From contig DF237096.1 of the NCBI GenBank assembly GCA_000708835.1, forward strand, positions 108,497 to 172,496: a stretch of DNA of 64,000 nt, given 5' to 3'. A program made the position numbers and the translations under genes. Under the pieces are notes generated by a model that worked only from the letters and a program-made list of their open reading frames with translations, was not told where the DNA came from and did no database searches. Shown piece by piece: positions 36,798 to 49,539 of the stretch (within the stretch, counting starts at the first letter, position 1; every line of letters starts with the position of its first letter). This DNA comes from Klebsormidium nitens (taxonomy: Eukaryota > Plantae > Klebsormidiophyceae).

Positions 36798-38501
36798 CTA
36801 GACTGTCGCTAAGCTTCTCAGACTGCCGCTATCCTTGTTACTTTGTTGCTGACCTCGTCAAACGGCTGCCATGGAGCAATGCGAAACAGAGCATTGCAGA
36901 TCCTTGCGGTAAGGCGCAAGTCAATGTTATCTTATTGTTCTTAGCTTCGTTCTTATTCTTGCTATAACTTGAGCTAAGTATAACAATTCCAACGGAGTGT
37001 AGCTGCCACAAACCTTACACACAAAACCACCCCAGACGTTGTGGAGGATCCCAGGTGCAAATATTGCGTCCGGCCGGATAACCTTATTCCGTTTCTAAGC
37101 GCTGAAACTACGAGGATCGAACAGCCAAGAGCGACTTTTGCAAGGCATTACTTCCACGCACAATGTATCAAGCTTCTTTATGAGCGCATCCATCTTTCTT
37201 CTTCACACCTTGTCGCTAATGCGCACCTTCTTTGACCGAGCTTGTTGCCCCAGATTGGTCACAAATGCTGATCAGAGCCGCTGTGGCCCTGGGCCTGGGC
37301 CTCGCTCTGTTCTCACCTTCCGCCCAGGGGTTTCCCACGGGTTTTCGTCCCGGCCAGCCAGCTGCCGGCACCCTCCCGGTTCTACCAGCTGAGAAGTCGG
37401 TGTTTGGGGCTACCGGCCAGCTGAGCCCACTATGTGCTTGCTATTTTTGCCAGCTGCACAGCCGGCGGGGTGCATTCGGCACCAGCCGGGGTTCTTTCCC
37501 GGCCAGCCAGGTCCGCCCCATGCTGCCAGCTGTGGGAAACCCTGCAAGTTCCGCCGACTCATTCACTGCCATCAGAGGGCGCAGACGCCCAGCCAAAGTA
37601 TGTAGCGTCCAGTAGCGAGCAGACCGTATGGGCTCCACCGCTGGCGCGTCCACCAAAATTTGCAGACGTCTTATATGGCCTGTTGGCTACCATTTCCACC
37701 CATTTCCGTGTCAACGCACCCGGTGGAGCCCTCAGTGTCAAGGACGAAGTGAACCTATGTCTGACTTTCCCGGCTAAAATGGAAATTTTGCGCGTTCAAT
37801 TATGGACCGGGCGAATGACACCCAATGATGGCGGAAACTTGTAGAGAGCGTTTTGGGACGTAGTCAAGTCGTTTTGACCTTGTGGGCGGTCTGGATATGA
37901 TGATTCTGCCCGCTTACAATTCTGCTCGCGCCAACATTCTGGCTGGCGTTTGCGCCCTCTGACTGCCATTACCGACTCATTGAAGGAGGAGCATTACCGC
38001 TTCTTGAGGGGTTCTACAAGAGAATCGGCCGCAGGTTATTAATGATCGAGACAGGCACCAAGCGCCGCATTTCAAAATTCTTCTCACCAACAATTTGGAA
38101 CTAGAGCGGCCAAACTGCCAGCTGTTCAAGACGCGGCTGCCAGTGCCAAACTGTTGGGGCGGAAACGCGGTCTGCAGCCTGCAGGAGATCTAAGATCTTG
38201 CTGATTCTTAGCTGAGAAGCTTCGAAGGCATTGGTTGGACCCAACTTCCCAAGTCATTTGACTGGACAGGCTTCGTACAGCCCTCATTTTCCTTCATCCT
38301 GCAAGCTGAAGATTTGTGCTCTCAGGCATAGGTACATATCGGTCGACGAGGCGGATGCTGGGGTAGCGTGCGCAGCTGAGCACGTTTGAAAGGGGGTTCT
38401 TCTGGCGGCTTATGCACAATCTGCTGCAAGCAAGATAGCCCTCATTCTGTTGGACCTTGTGAGTGGTTTTCTGAGAGGAGGATCTTGCTGCTGCCCCGCA
38501 A

Positions 38502-41500
38502 ATGAAAGCAGCATACTTCCCGCCTCTTTTGCTCTGGCTTTGGCTGGCTAGCACGTCTGCATTGATTGCAAGTAGTGAGAAGCTTCAAGATGTGGAGGCA
38601 GGCACTTTCGGAGATGCATATCCGAGTCTCCTCGCAGCGGCGGAGGGGAACTGGGGGGGGATCCTGTCAGATGATGTTGAGAAGGAGACATTGAGGGACG
38701 AAGTGTGGAACAGGCTTGAGATCTTGGGAAAGGTGAGCACTGACTGGACCAAAATTGTCCCTTAGCTGCCGTGCAGCTGTCTGGTTCTGGTTCTGGTTCT
38801 GCTTTCCTCACTTTCAGATCTGAGCCCTGGCTGTACTTCTGAGAGTCAGGCTGGCAATCAGCAAGACTTTGAGGAGAGAGTAATGTGTTTCCTAGAGAGG
38901 ATTGAGAATCTGGTTCTCTTAGCTGCTTCCAGGTCAGGTCGCCACGAGACACAGTGGCGCCAGCTCATGAGTTGTCCTTTTGAAAAGCCTCATCAGTGTG
39001 TCCCAGCGCCTACTCTCAGTCAGAGTGCTGAAGGAACAGTTTAAGCATTTCTCATTGCGTCGCTCCTCTCGTTTTAAAGCAATTTAGCTAGTTTCCTGTT
39101 CTAAGAGTCAGTCTGTTGGACATTAAAGACAACGTTGTTGGCTTCATGGGAGAAGATTGCACATGGTGGTGCTCTGGAATGTGGCTGTCCCAGAGAGGAA
39201 GCGTCCCTTGTCACCAAGAAGAGATACAGAACAGAGAGATTTTGATGTATTCCTAATCAACAATGTTCCACTCGGGGATTTAGCCAAGGCGGAACTCTCA
39301 GCCACTTCTCACTAATGCTCTGTTGTCCAACTCTGAAATCTGACACTTACCACGGATCCAGCTTCGCTTCTTATGCCCTCCAGTGATACAGAAGAGCAAA
39401 GTCTTCAACGTGCTCCTAACCAACAAGGTTCTACTTCAGGGACCTTGCGAAGGGGGAACTCTCAGCCATGTTTACTAACGGTCGTTGCACTTCTCTGAAA
39501 ACCATGCCTTTTAAACTAAACTGCTCATGCCTCCCGTCATGGGCCTTTCTATTTGATATGCAAGTTCGTGGTATGACTAACAAGCTGCAGCATATGTTCC
39601 ACGCCCCATCATGCTGCTCTTTAGCGACGCCCCTCTCTTTCCACCCGCGGCCATAGCTTATGCCCTCCACATCTGCTATGCAGGTCAGCGATGCTCCAGA
39701 CAAGCTCCAGCGCACGTTTCTGAGCCCTGCAATGCAAGAGGCGATGGCTCTCCTGCAAGAGTGGATGACTGACGCCGGAATGCGCACGTGGGTGGACATC
39801 ATGGGGAATGTCCATGGCAGGGTCGATGCGCCCAACTCGACGGCACCCGCACTCCTGCTTGGTTCGCACTTTGTGAGTATTCCGTACGACCAAGGGTGAT
39901 TCGTTAGGTTGTTGTGAGCTTTTCCTCAGCCACGTTTGAGGCAACTTTGAGGCTGTGCGTGTCTTCGATCAACGAAGAAGGGACCTGGGAAACAGACTCA
40001 TTTTACCATTAACTTTGTGCCTGCTCGACAGCGCCAATTTTCCTGCTTGGTTTGCGCTATGTGAGTCGATTCGACAAATCGTCGTGGGCTTTTTTGGGAT
40101 GTTTGAGGCCACCGGATGCTGTGTGCACATGTTGAAAGAAGCGAAGATGGGTCCTCAAAACAGATTTCTTACTCGGCAAGTCTATCATGAAGATGCCCAA
40201 CTGGACGGCGCCTGTGCTCCTGCTTGAGTTGCATTTAGTGCATTGTCCTTAGAGATTGTTGATTGCTCAGCTACGTCAGAGGCTACTTGATGCGCTGTGC
40301 GCAGAATGGAAATGGAGATGGGACATACTTCCACAATCCTTCATGAAAGCTGCCCGCTTGACGATGCCAGTGCTCCTACTTGTTTCGCATTTGTGAGTAG
40401 TCCTTACAGAATGTCGTATGCTCTGCTCAGCTAGGTTTGAGACGTGCGCATGTTTGGAAAGAGAAAACGGCCCCTGGGAACACACCCGCTTCTTTGCAAG
40501 CGGGGCAGTGAAGACTCAAAGTCGGAGTCAGGTAAGGATTCTCGTTTCTGGTATGTTGAGGATGGAGAGGAGGTAGTTATAAACCAAAGTTTCGAGACAG
40601 AAAGGATACCTTAAACTTTTTTTTGTCATATGTAATCCCACTCTTGCAGGACACAGTGATTGACGCTGGCAAGTACGACGGGACTCTCGGTGTCATCACC
40701 TCGATTGCTGCGGTCAAAGGTCTGCTCCAGGGTGGCCATACGGCGTCACTGCTCAAGCGACCGATCGAGCTGGTGGCATTCTGCGACGAGGAGGGGGTGC
40801 GCTTCGGGTCTACATTCCTGGGAAGCAGGTACGCATCTTTTCGCGTCATCCTCTAACCATCTTTTCCGCATCTGCTATAGGCGTCTTTCCTTCCGTGTCT
40901 CTCTCTTTCTTGGGGCCTTCTGTGACAATGAGGGGGTGCGCTTTGGGACCACATTCTCACGCATGTTGCTGCGTGTTTATTGACGGTTTCTCCTTGTCTT
41001 CTGCCGTTTCTTTCCATACTCTCTTTTTTGCAGTGTTGGGGAAAGAGGTGTGTACTCTGAGTACCAGCTTTCCACAGGTCCCCATCCTCTCGAGAAGTAT
41101 ATTTTCCTCTTTGTCCTTGTCTTTTTGCGCCCTTCACTGTCTTGGCTGTGATCCTCCTTCGCTCTCGTCTTCGATCTTGATGAACCTTTCTGATGAAGAA
41201 GGTGGCGTTTTGGGGTTGCATTTAGAGCCGAGCTGTCGTCTGAAGTCGTTCTTTCGGTCCTCCTGCAGTGTCCCGATTGTTATACTTTTGGAATTTTGCT
41301 TTACGCCGTCAACTCTGATCTCGTGGACCTTTCTTAGGCCGATACGAAAGGTTTCTTTTGCGTTTGATTGTCTGGCTGCAAAACACCGGCTGCTGCTGCC
41401 TTTGGATTGATGGTCAATGATCATCAGACCCGAAGTGCGACATGCATCCGCTCCCGTTGGTTTTGAGGACGGCTTATGGGCTCGCAACCTTGTCGGTTTC

Positions 41501-44500
41501 GACACGGGAAATCTACAAAATCTACTGTTGGCGCTGCAGGGCTATCGCGGGAGGCTTCAATCCGAAGATTCTTGACGTGACGGACGATACGGGAACGACT
41601 GTCGCTGCGGCGCTGCTGGAAGCGGGATTGGCAACGGGGCTCGGCAAGTTGCCGGAACAGATCGCGGAGCTGGCGTTTAAGCCCTCAGAAGTTGCAGGTG
41701 TGCTTCAAAAGGAGAGAGACACCGGCACAGGATTCTAGAATGTTGCAATCAGGAACGTAAAGGTTTATGTAGGCAAACGACTTGACTGCACCAGATTGTC
41801 AAACAGGCGAACATGTGCGTTCTCGTTCTTCGTTTGGGCAAAGAAGAGGGTCTTTGCTGCTGACGAAAAACACATGTCGATACGCTACCCTTGGCACCGC
41901 ACATAATGCATCATTGGGTGGTTAAGCTTGCGTTCTACGAAGTCTACGAACCAGCAGGCAATTCCTTGAAGGATTCTGGTGGCCTTGTCGACAATATCTT
42001 GGAAGTCCGGGGCCGGACTGCCCATTCGGATGGCGCTCTTCTCCAACCGCTTGTTTAACCTTTGCTGCCTTTACCATGATGTCACCTTCCGATAACGTCA
42101 CTGCTCGCGTCACCGCCACGTGGCAACCGGCTTTTGCTTATTGAATGCAGAATTGCCTGCTGACCGGAAAAGCCTCTGACGTCAGTCGACTGGCTGAAAA
42201 AAGGCGAGCAGTCCGCCTCAGGAACTCGGCTGACGTCGCTGCTGATGTGTGCAGGCTACGTGGAGGTCCACATCGAGCAAGGGCCCGTTTTGGAACGGAA
42301 GGGCGTCGCTTTGGGTGTCGTTCCGACCATTTGCGGGCAGACGCGGCTGACCGTGACAGTGCAGGGGGCGCAGGCAAGTGCTTGGATCTTGGTTTTCTTG
42401 TTTTTAACGAACTCGGGTTGACACTTTTTTAAGTTTGGGCAGGGTAAAAACGCGGAATGCCGGACCTGTTCTCGGCATAGCTCACTCTGCGTTTGCGGAA
42501 ACCAGAGGCTTTTGTTTCAACCCCCGAAAGTGAAGCACAGGTGTGAGATTGAACCTGTAGAAGTTTCGCGCTTCTTCACGCTTATTCCATCTTGAACTGT
42601 TCCTTTGTGCCTGTTGCTTTTTAAGACATTGCTCGAAAGTCTGGCTTAAACGTGGCAGTGCGGCTTGCAGGGCCACGCGGGGACGGTGCCTATGGCGCTG
42701 CGCAAGGATGCGATGGCGGCCGCAGCGGAGGTGTATGTAACGATCGAGAAGATATGCGGAGGGGGGAGGTGAGGGGACTTTTGTAGTCCTTAAATTCAGT
42801 GTCCTGTACTTGCACAGTGTCGGTTCCGACAGAGGTATATGTAGCGTCGAGAAGTCTGCGGAGGGGGGAGGTGAGGGCACTTTTACATCTCTTGGTTCGA
42901 GTGTGCTCTGCTTGCGTAATGTCGGCCGCGGCAGAGGTGAACGTGACGACCGAGAGAATCTGCGAAAGGGGAGGGTAAGGGACTTTTTCATTTCTCGGTT
43001 CCAGTGTCTTGTGCTTGCGTTGTGTCGGCAGTGGCAGAAGTGAATGTAACAGGTAAGACAAATGCAGAGGGGAAAGCTGAGTGGACTTGTTGTGTGCTTT
43101 GTTTGCTGTCTATCGCGTTGTGTCCTATTCAGTGAGATAGGTAGTCCATAGACCCCCTTCTACTGGACCGGCTGGGGAAGAGATCACACCAGCGTGGCAG
43201 GTTAACCAACAGGTTATGAACGTTGTCTCGAGTCTTTGGCAGGGTTCAAAAGCGGGTTACAAGTACCATGCTGGCCTGAATTGAGTCTAGGACTCGACAA
43301 AGTGTGGAGATTGAAGCTGTTGGGGACTTTTAGAAACGAAGTACGCAGGCCGTTCCGCTAGAGAAGACTGAACGGATGCTGACGTCTGCAGATACGGCCG
43401 CCCTGAGGAGGCGAGCGGGCGACCCGTCTGGCAGGGAGGTACCGGCCTGGTGGGTACCGTGGGTGACGTCAGGGTGTGGCCGGGGGCTTCGAACGTCATC
43501 CCGGGCCGGGTAAGTTTGAGGTCGCTTACTTAGACATCTTTAGTGCACTTACATGGATGTCTGTTCTGCAGATCGCGGCCGCCACTGAATTTCAGACAGA
43601 CTTTTCCGCTTGCCGTTTGGGTATTAGACGACCGATGCGGATGCCGGAAGAACGGAAGGGATTCAGCACTTTGCACAAATGCAACTTTCTCACTTGCAAG
43701 CCTGCCTTCGTGACTGTAAGCTGAATGATTCCAGAGGAGTTTCGATCTAACGCCTTTTGTCGTAGCCCTGTTCTTAGATTACTCAGTCTCAACAACATAT
43801 CTCTTTTGCTCAAGCTCTACAAAGACGTTTTTGCTCTCGCTTTCCCAGGTGATTTTTTCGGTGGACATCCGCGCGCCAATGGACGACCTTCGAGAGACGG
43901 CCGTCAAAGACGTCACGGAGGCGATTTATACCATCTGCATCCGACGGGGCGTGAAGTGCGAGGTCAAACGCAAGGTACGTACCGCGCTACGTACCAAAAA
44001 GTGTCGCGCTGCAGCTCGCGACAAAAGTTGTCTTGAGCATCTTTAAAATTGTCTCTTGTCCACATTACAATGCTTCGTTTAAATAGCGTTTAACCTGCGG
44101 ATTAGGAATGCCTCTGCCGTGCAAAGAGTGCCCTATTGGAAAGAACAGAGATGCTACTCGTTTTGACACCTGTCTTTAGAGCGTCGGAAGCATTGCACAT
44201 ATTTCAAGTCTTTTTGAGAAGACTCTAGTTCGATCATGAACGGCTACTTCGCGTGTGCCTCGAGACTGTGCCTGTAGCACAGAACGAAAAGCTGCTTGAG
44301 CTGATGACGTCACTCTTCTGCAGCACGACGCCATGGCGACGCAGTGCGCGCCGGCTTATGTGAGCAAGCTGCAAAGCGCGGCCAGCCGTGCGATCGATAT
44401 CATCGGAGGGACGACCGGCATCTCGGGCTTGGGGCCCGGGGACGTGCCGATTGTCGTCAGCGGAGCGGGGCATGACGCCATGGCCATGGCAAAGCTGACG

Positions 44501-44912
44501 CAGGTACGCCGACTAGGAAAAAGCCGCAGAAAGTCTATTAAAAGAGTCCGTTTGCATTTCCCTGTCGGTATGCCAACCGCATCTCTCTGTTTCTTCCTTA
44601 TTGTTGGGATTCGACGAATCGGTTGGCGAAATAGAAATGAATCCTGATTAAGTCTCGCGAGGTATAGATGATTCCTGACGAAGTCATCTGGTGGCGAGGT
44701 GACTTGGCGGCGAAAAGAAGATTCGTGGGCAGCGTTTTTCCAAGAGGGCGGGGTTGTAATCTGTCTGTGGTTGTCCGTCGCAGGTCGGCATTCTGTTCGT
44801 GCGGTGCAAGGCCGGCATCAGCCATTCGCCAGAAGAGGCGGTAGAACCGGACGACATATGGGCGGCCAGCCTTGCGCTTATGCTTTTCTTACAGGAGGAG
44901 ACGCTCAAATAG
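38502..44912 (+). CDS. AAH: Allantoate amidohydrolase (allantoate deiminase, M20 family), 10 exons
   Basis: Exons 38502-38732, 39684-39872, 40650-40828, 41540-41697, 42255-42373, 42671-42768, 43392-43509, 43849-43974, 44324-44503 and 44784-44912. Motifs: signal peptide, GSHFDTVIDAGKYDG, DEEGVRF, EVHIEQGP, GHAGTVPM, SNVIPG, SGAGHDAM and GISHSPEE. Confidence 0.95.
42710..43060 (+). repeat. About 102-bp tandem array copying the AAH exon 6 3' end, the donor and the intron start (about 3.3 extra units)
   Basis: Units start near 42725, 42830, 42932 and 43035, each of the form (C)AGAGGT..GT..CGAGA..TGCG.AGGGG.G|GT(G/A)AGG. Confidence 0.9.
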
Positions 44913-46063
44913 TCAAAACAATATATACTCCAGCGATCCCAGAAACGGCGGATCCCAGAAACGGCGGAAGTATAGAGTGGAATTAACAGGTAGGGCTAGA
45001 TGTGACCTTAAGATGTACTGGGTAGCAATGACAGGGCAATAATCTCATTTTCCCGACTAGGTAGCGCGTTGTTTAGGAAGGCTGCTTTATCTTAGCTTGT
45101 GCCATATCTGAAAACATAATCAGCTTAGTAGAACAGCTAGCAACCATGCGTGGTCCGCCCGTTGCATGCCAGCAATGGACGGACGTGCCTATTGTAAGAA
45201 ATAACGGTTGACTAATATCGTAGTGTCGGCCAATACCTAGACCCAAGCCGTAATTGATAGTTGAACTTAGAATCTGTCTGTTCAACTTTGCATGCTGTAA
45301 CCGTTAACATCGCTCGGATATGATTGTTTTTTGGAACTTAGCTATCAAAAGCATGTTCCCTAAAATTTTCTTGATTATATATGGATCAAGGTTTGTGAAA
45401 TTGAGGTTGACTGCTTCCCGGCTCCCGCACGGCACACCCGGTCTAATTTGGCATGTCACGTTCAACCTAATGAATGTAGGTGGACGGATCGCCAGGCGTT
45501 TTTAGCAATAAGCAGTGAGCATCTATCATGCAGAAACACATCGATAATAGCTATATGATTCGCATGCCAGCTGACTGCAACCCGGGATTAGCGCGCAATT
45601 CGTGTCAGTGACCCATGACATGACTTCGTGTCGATCTTATGCCTTGACTTCATAGTGCAGCCAGCTAGTCCTAGGCCACATGTGGCGGCAGACATCGAGG
45701 CCCTTCTTCTCTGAGGATTCCAAGTTCCTGCAAACATACTCTTGACCACCGTAGTCTCTTGCCCGCCTAGCTCTCTCTGCGAGCTCCAAGTCTGAAAGTC
45801 TGCTAGGCTCCTCATGCAGCAGCAACCTAGGCTAGCAGGCCGGTGGCGCCGTCGCGGAAAGCCCAAACATGCGCGCGCGCGCGCTTGAATAAAAGTAGAG
45901 CGAAAAGGATATGCCTGCGCAGCTACCGAGTCTGAATAGGATACGACAGTCCTAGAGGCTAGACAGTCCTTGACAGTGTACTGTGTAGTCCTAATATCTA
46001 CCTGCTTCGATAGCATTGCAAATCCACACCTGTACAGGAGGGGCAACCAGCGAGCCTGCGGCC

Positions 46064-46979
46064 ATGGCGAGACCACGTGGGCTGATGGAGCTCTTCAAGT
46101 TTGCCTGCTATGTTGGCATCCCTATCTCCATGATGGTGGTCTTTGCGAACAACCCCGACAATCTCGAGAAGATCATCCGCAATGTAAGCTTCATCTGACC
46201 TCTCCAAGAGCTGAAGATACTTTTGCTTATGCCTCAGATAAGCCACCCTGAAGAGTCCACGCAGAGATCCTCTAGGCAGGGTTTTCCAACTGGAAAGTGG
46301 TATAAGAGGAAAGAAAGAGAATTTTGCGCTCATGCTTTGTCATTCAAATCCTGCCAGCTGTATCATGAGGGAAATGGTTGACTGCGAGACATATTGCTGG
46401 CTTTCCTCAGCCATGATTTTGCACTTCTTCCTCTCTTCCTCATGTCTGCTAAAGTATAGTGTCCACTCTTGGATATCAATCTTTTCATGCTGGCGTTTGA
46501 CGTGACCATCATCTGCAAGACTTGTGATGACACTTATCCTCAGAAACTTATGTAAGTGACCTTTTTGACCAGTGCTTGCGCTAGAATCTATTGTAGCAGC
46601 ACACTGTCATTTAACGAGTGGCTCGCTTGTTCTTTTGCGGATTTCAAACTTGTGTGAACACCCCCGGTGGTCAAACGCTTTCTCTCCAGGACACAGACCT
46701 TGGGTTATCAGACAGACCACATCATTGATCCTGCATACACACTTCTTAAAGAGCCCCTACTTTTCAGGTTGTCCATTTCGCCTCTTATAGCAGAGATACT
46801 TGCTGTCAAAATATTGAACCCGAGCTCACATAAGCACGTGCACTTACGCTGCTTTCCCCCTGCTTTGGTTGCAGCGTCAGTATGTTGTGTACCCTCCCGA
46901 GGGCCCCCGGCCCCCCTCCGGAGACGAGATGGCTGAAATTGTGAAGAAGAACCGGGACGCGCATAAGGACAAGCCATGA
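46064..46979 (+). CDS. PET100: PET100-like cytochrome c oxidase assembly factor, 2 exons
   Basis: Exon 46064-46183 (MARPRGLMELFKFACYVGIPISMMVVFANNPDNLEKIIRN) plus exon 46875-46979 (RQYVVYPPEGPRPPSGDEM...) match the plant PET100 pattern. Confidence 0.88.
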
Positions 46980-47284
46980 GCGTTTGGCAACTCAGCAAGT
47001 AGTCGGGTGGCTAATTGTCCGGCTCAAACGCCGGGCTTCGGAGTCCCAAGTGAAGGGGAACGCACGACTGCTAATGTTATTAGGCTCCTGTAAGCTGTAG
47101 AGAAAGTTGGTTACCACTTTCTCAAAAAGGTGCCAAGTACTCAGAGAAATTGAGCACCGCAGCTCTGCGCACTGAAAACCTCGTGGACCCAGTAGGAAGT
47201 TCTTCGCTTCAGTCAGGCTACAGATTGGCTGTGCACCTCTCCACTCCCCTCCTTATCTAGATTCCCTGCTCTAAAGTTGCATTC

Positions 47285-48460
47285 ATGGCCAGCTCGGCCG
47301 GGTGGCCTTTCCGCAACGGGGGGTTCAGAGGCTTCGATCTCGGGGTTTTGGGGGGCCCCCGCCAGAAACACGTCCGGCGCTGCGACCCGTCCGACACTTC
47401 GGACGTTTTGCAGTCCCCCTCGTACGACCCCAAGCAGGCATATGCCAGCGCCTACTTGCAAGCGGGGTTGGGGCACGCAGGGGTGGCGTTTGTCGGTGAC
47501 GTCATCGCGCAGCGTGTGGAGGGGCGATGGGGAACCAAGATCCGGGACCCCCCCCGCCAAGAGCGCGAGATTTTGGAATTTCTGGTGGGGGGGGAGTGGG
47601 CAGAGAAGTGGGCAGCCTGGCGCGCGCGGGGGGTGGCGGAGCGGCGGCGGCGGCGGCGGGAGGAGAAGGAGCGACGAGCGCAGGAGGTCGAGGCGGGGTC
47701 CGACGACGAGGGGGGGACGCCGGTGAAGCCTCCTCTGGCTGATGTCAGCAAAAGCGGGTTGGAAAGCGGGCCAACAAGCTTGGTTGATCGCGGGGTGGTG
47801 GAGAGTAGTTTCAGTCCTCAGGGGGGGCCTGGCGAGCAGGGAATGGAGGGGTGTGTGGGGAACAGCGAGGGCGTGCTGTCGTTTGTCCACTCCGCCTTCA
47901 AGGGTTTCCTTAACCTGTCCCCGTTAGCAAAGAACCAGACTGAAAATGCATCCTCGGGCGCTGGCGGCACCTCCGAAAACAGGGCCCGTCCCGCAGGCCC
48001 GTCTCAGGAGTTGCGGAGCAGGCCCCGTCACGACCCGGATGATCCCCCCGGGTACAGTCTGCTGCGGTCGCTGCGGATGGCGAGTTTTGCGTTCTTTGTG
48101 GACCACCCGCTGACGAACTTTTGGATGCAATCGATCCGGTACAACCCCCGGAACGACCCGACGGAAAAGGCGGTTGTGAAGTTAGTGCTCACCGAGGCGG
48201 TGTTAACGCCCGCGCGCATCGTGCTGTTGTTCACGTGGGACTCATTACTGCAGCGGAAGCCAAAGCGGATCTTACGGAAGCTGAGGACGGACTTCCGGCC
48301 GGCCGTGGTGCGGAGCCTCCAGGTGGCGGCGTTTGAGAATGTCGCATTCTACGGGCTGAGTAAAGAGATCCGCTTGCGAGAGGAAGTTGTGTATGCGGCG
48401 GTCGGGCTGCCTGTGTCGCTGTACATGAACTATTTCCAGTCGACGGTCACTGCAAGGTAG
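47285..48460 (+). CDS. Mpv17/PMP22 family membrane protein
   Basis: 391-aa ORF with GDVIAQ in TM1, a long hydrophilic insertion, then F..DHPLTNFW, KLVLTEAVLTP, a KLRTDF.PA segment and a terminal V...YMNY helix typical of the family. Confidence 0.8.
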   Translation: MASSAGWPFRNGGFRGFDLGVLGGPRQKHVRRCDPSDTSDVLQSPSYDPKQAYASAYLQAGLGHAGVAFVGDVIAQRVEGRWGTKIRDPPRQEREILEFLVGGEWAEKWAAWRARGVAERRRRRREEKERRAQEVEAGSDDEGGTPVKPPLADVSKSGLESGPTSLVDRGVVESSFSPQGGPGEQGMEGCVGNSEGVLSFVHSAFKGFLNLSPLAKNQTENASSGAGGTSENRARPAGPSQELRSRPRHDPDDPPGYSLLRSLRMASFAFFVDHPLTNFWMQSIRYNPRNDPTEKAVVKLVLTEAVLTPARIVLLFTWDSLLQRKPKRILRKLRTDFRPAVVRSLQVAAFENVAFYGLSKEIRLREEVVYAAVGLPVSLYMNYFQSTVTAR

Positions 48461-49539
48461 CTCTTAGAAGGAGGTCCGGCCGCGAAGCGGAGTTTGTACT
48501 GCTCAGTCAACGTGCCGCTGTGAGATCAGTGTGCAGAAGAAATAACAGTGCAGCGCGCAGATCACTCGGGTCAGGTTTTCCTCAACGTCGAATGGGTTGC
48601 CCTTTTGAGCAAAGGAGTTGACCTTCTACACCTCCTCTCGTTCTGTCCTTAGAAATGCCAGGTGACTAAATCTTGTGATCGATCGCATCTGTGTTTGCTT
48701 GCCACTGCCTGTAGATGACCGCCCCCTCGGCAGAAGGCTAGGTCACTCCTTAAGGCAGTCGGCTTGTCCTTGAGTTGATTCATGCAGCTGGCTCTTCTCT
48801 TTCCATTTTGTAGGCATGTGCATCGACATGGTCTGCCCGGCCAGGCATTCTCCATATGCACATATGTATAGTCTCAACTGGTACGGCCCCGGATTCGACT
48901 AGCTTCGCGAACATGTATGTTGCCGTTGAAACCCCGGCCATGCATGCGCATGATATGAAACCGGTCATGCAACGCTAGCATTTGTGGCAAAAATATTGCC
49001 GCGGCCAATGCCAAGTCCGGCCAGAACGTAACTAGGCGGCATGCTCAACGCTTCCGACCTCGCATATAAGGTGGACGTTTTAAAAGAAGCACACCGGGTA
49101 AAAGTTAATATGTAAGGGGATTAATTTGGGTACGCGTTCAAACGAATCCATGTCAGAAGCAAATGGTCTTCAAGCACATAGTCTTTCAGTCACTCTCATG
49201 CCGCCACGATGTAGATCACATTGAAAAGTCCGGAGGGTCTTTCCTGAAAGGGGCTTTCGTGCAAAAGCATCCATTCCATGCCTTTGTTAATCAGGTGCTC
49301 TACGGTAGCATTGGAGTACGTGGAGCAGTCGAGTATACGAGAACATGGAATGAGGCCAGTCGAGGTCGGAGGGCAGACAAAAGCTATCACTGGTCGATTT
49401 CCATTTCCAAAAGTGTCTGCGCCACGTCTAGAACACGCGCTGTTCAACTCAATCGGACGCACAAAACAAGGTGGGTATAATCCGGACAGGATCAGGCCCA
49501 CGGGTTTCGAACTTTGACCTGACGCGTAAAGCTGCCCTG

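Noticed and set aside
37232-37844. ORFs with a signal-peptide-like start (MLIRAAVALGLGLALFSPSAQG) between ROS3 and AAH
   Set aside because: No recognisable domain or consistent splice model; it may be divergent-promoter/UTR sequence.
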